From Scyliorhinus canicula (Eukaryota): DNA of 64,000 nucleotides. Position 1 is the stretch's first letter; the number at the start of each line of letters is the position of its first letter. The stretch covers positions 8,335,209 through 8,399,208 of the forward strand of contig NC_052171.1 in NCBI RefSeq assembly GCF_902713615.1, in the 5' to 3' direction. This document shows positions 63,213-64,000 of the stretch, one piece after another. The position numbers and the translations under genes are program-made. A model generated the notes under the pieces. That model did no database searches and was not told the DNA's origin. It was given only the letters and a program-made list of their open reading frames with translations.

Positions 63213-63530
63213 GAGGGCATGGTTGCACAGTGGTTAGCACTGCTGCCTCACAGCACCAGGAATACGGGTTCGATTCAGGCCTCGGGTGACTGCGGAGTCT
63301 GCACATTCTCCCCGTGTCTGCGTGGGTTTCCTCCGGGTGCTCCGGTTTCCTCCCACAGTCCAAAGATGTGCAAGTTAGGTGGATTGGCCATACCCCTTAG
63401 TGTCCAACGGTCAGATGGAGTTACAGGGATAGGGTGGGGGAGTGGGCCTAGGTAGGGTGCTCTCTCAGAGGGTCGGTGCTGACTCGATGGGCCGAGTGGC
63501 CTCCTTCTGCACTGTAGGAACTGTGATATA
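63213..63530 (+). mobile_element. V-SINE type A
   Basis: Full-length copy. Confidence 0.9.
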
Positions 63531-64000
63531 GTGTTGGGGTTAGGTGGAATGGGAAGGGGCTCACAAGCAGCATAAACACTGGCATGACCGACTGGGCCTA
63601 TTTAGCCTGTCTGTATACTGTCGAGTCGAGGTAACTTTTCTGTGATGCTTAGATGCACAAAGAACAAAGCACAGTAACAGGCCCTTCGGCCCTCCAAGCC
63701 TGCACCGACCATGTTGGGTTCAACTGACTAACAAAATACTGAATCTTCCACATTTCTGCATTCAAATAAATCTTGGGAGTGAACTCGATAAACTTTTCTT
63801 GCTGTGGTATTTAATGGTTTTAATTATGGTACAAAAATTAAGTTTGGAATCGTGAAAGTTCATGGTTGGTTGACTTTGATGCAACTGTGTGGTAAAAAAA
63901 TGAACCTTTGTAGTGGGTCAGCACTTATAAAGGTTTGCTGCTGGTGCTATACTGTATTGCAAGTTGTAATCTAATTGCAACCAGTCACGACCATGTTGAC

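Noticed and set aside
293-63455. Dozens of 60-120 aa ORFs with recurring text such as MVSTVASQ..GPRFD / LGHCLCGVCTFSPCLRGFPPGAPVSSHSPKMC
   Set aside because: They are translations of V-SINE heads and cores in various frames, not a gene family
315-63530. tRNA-like A/B-box sequences that could be called tRNA genes, or a dispersed CRISPR-like array
   Set aside because: They are SINE heads without a complete cloverleaf; the copies are dispersed, of variable length and lack regular spacers, and the DNA is eukaryotic
62473-64000. POLB terminal exon 14 (VAGEPLP...)
   Set aside because: Not found in any frame; it presumably lies beyond the window

Overview
This is vertebrate genomic DNA, almost certainly from a shark. 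The repeat content (HE1-like V-SINEs, a DeuSINE, HER1-like CR1) fits a carcharhiniform shark such as a catshark, but the species is an inference. The window covers five consecutive coding exons of DNA polymerase beta (POLB) on the + strand, equivalent to human exons 9-13: 1-68 (partial), 3572-3642, 13620-13706, 54512-54576 and 62333-62472. All have canonical GT-AG boundaries, the frame is open, and the catalytic D190/D192/D256 equivalents are intact. Introns are about 3.5, 10, 40.8, 7.8 and >1.5 kb. They are filled with about 45 tRNA-derived V-SINE copies carrying three different 3' tails, several other SINE families, CR1, L2, L1, RTE and Penelope fragments, three solo LTRs with 4-bp TSDs and Harbinger-like MITEs. 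Nearly all ORFs in the supplied track are by-products of these repeats. I found no clearly new biological system. The best leads are: (i) tail swapping among V-SINE subfamilies, with a poly(A)+TSD subfamily that looks L1-mobilised; (ii) a 23-bp composite motif repeated 4 kb apart in unique intronic DNA; (iii) a candidate 150-nt antisense exon; (iv) inverted SINEs bracketing the exon that encodes catalytic D256. Repeat boundaries were read by eye and are approximate unless a TSD is quoted.
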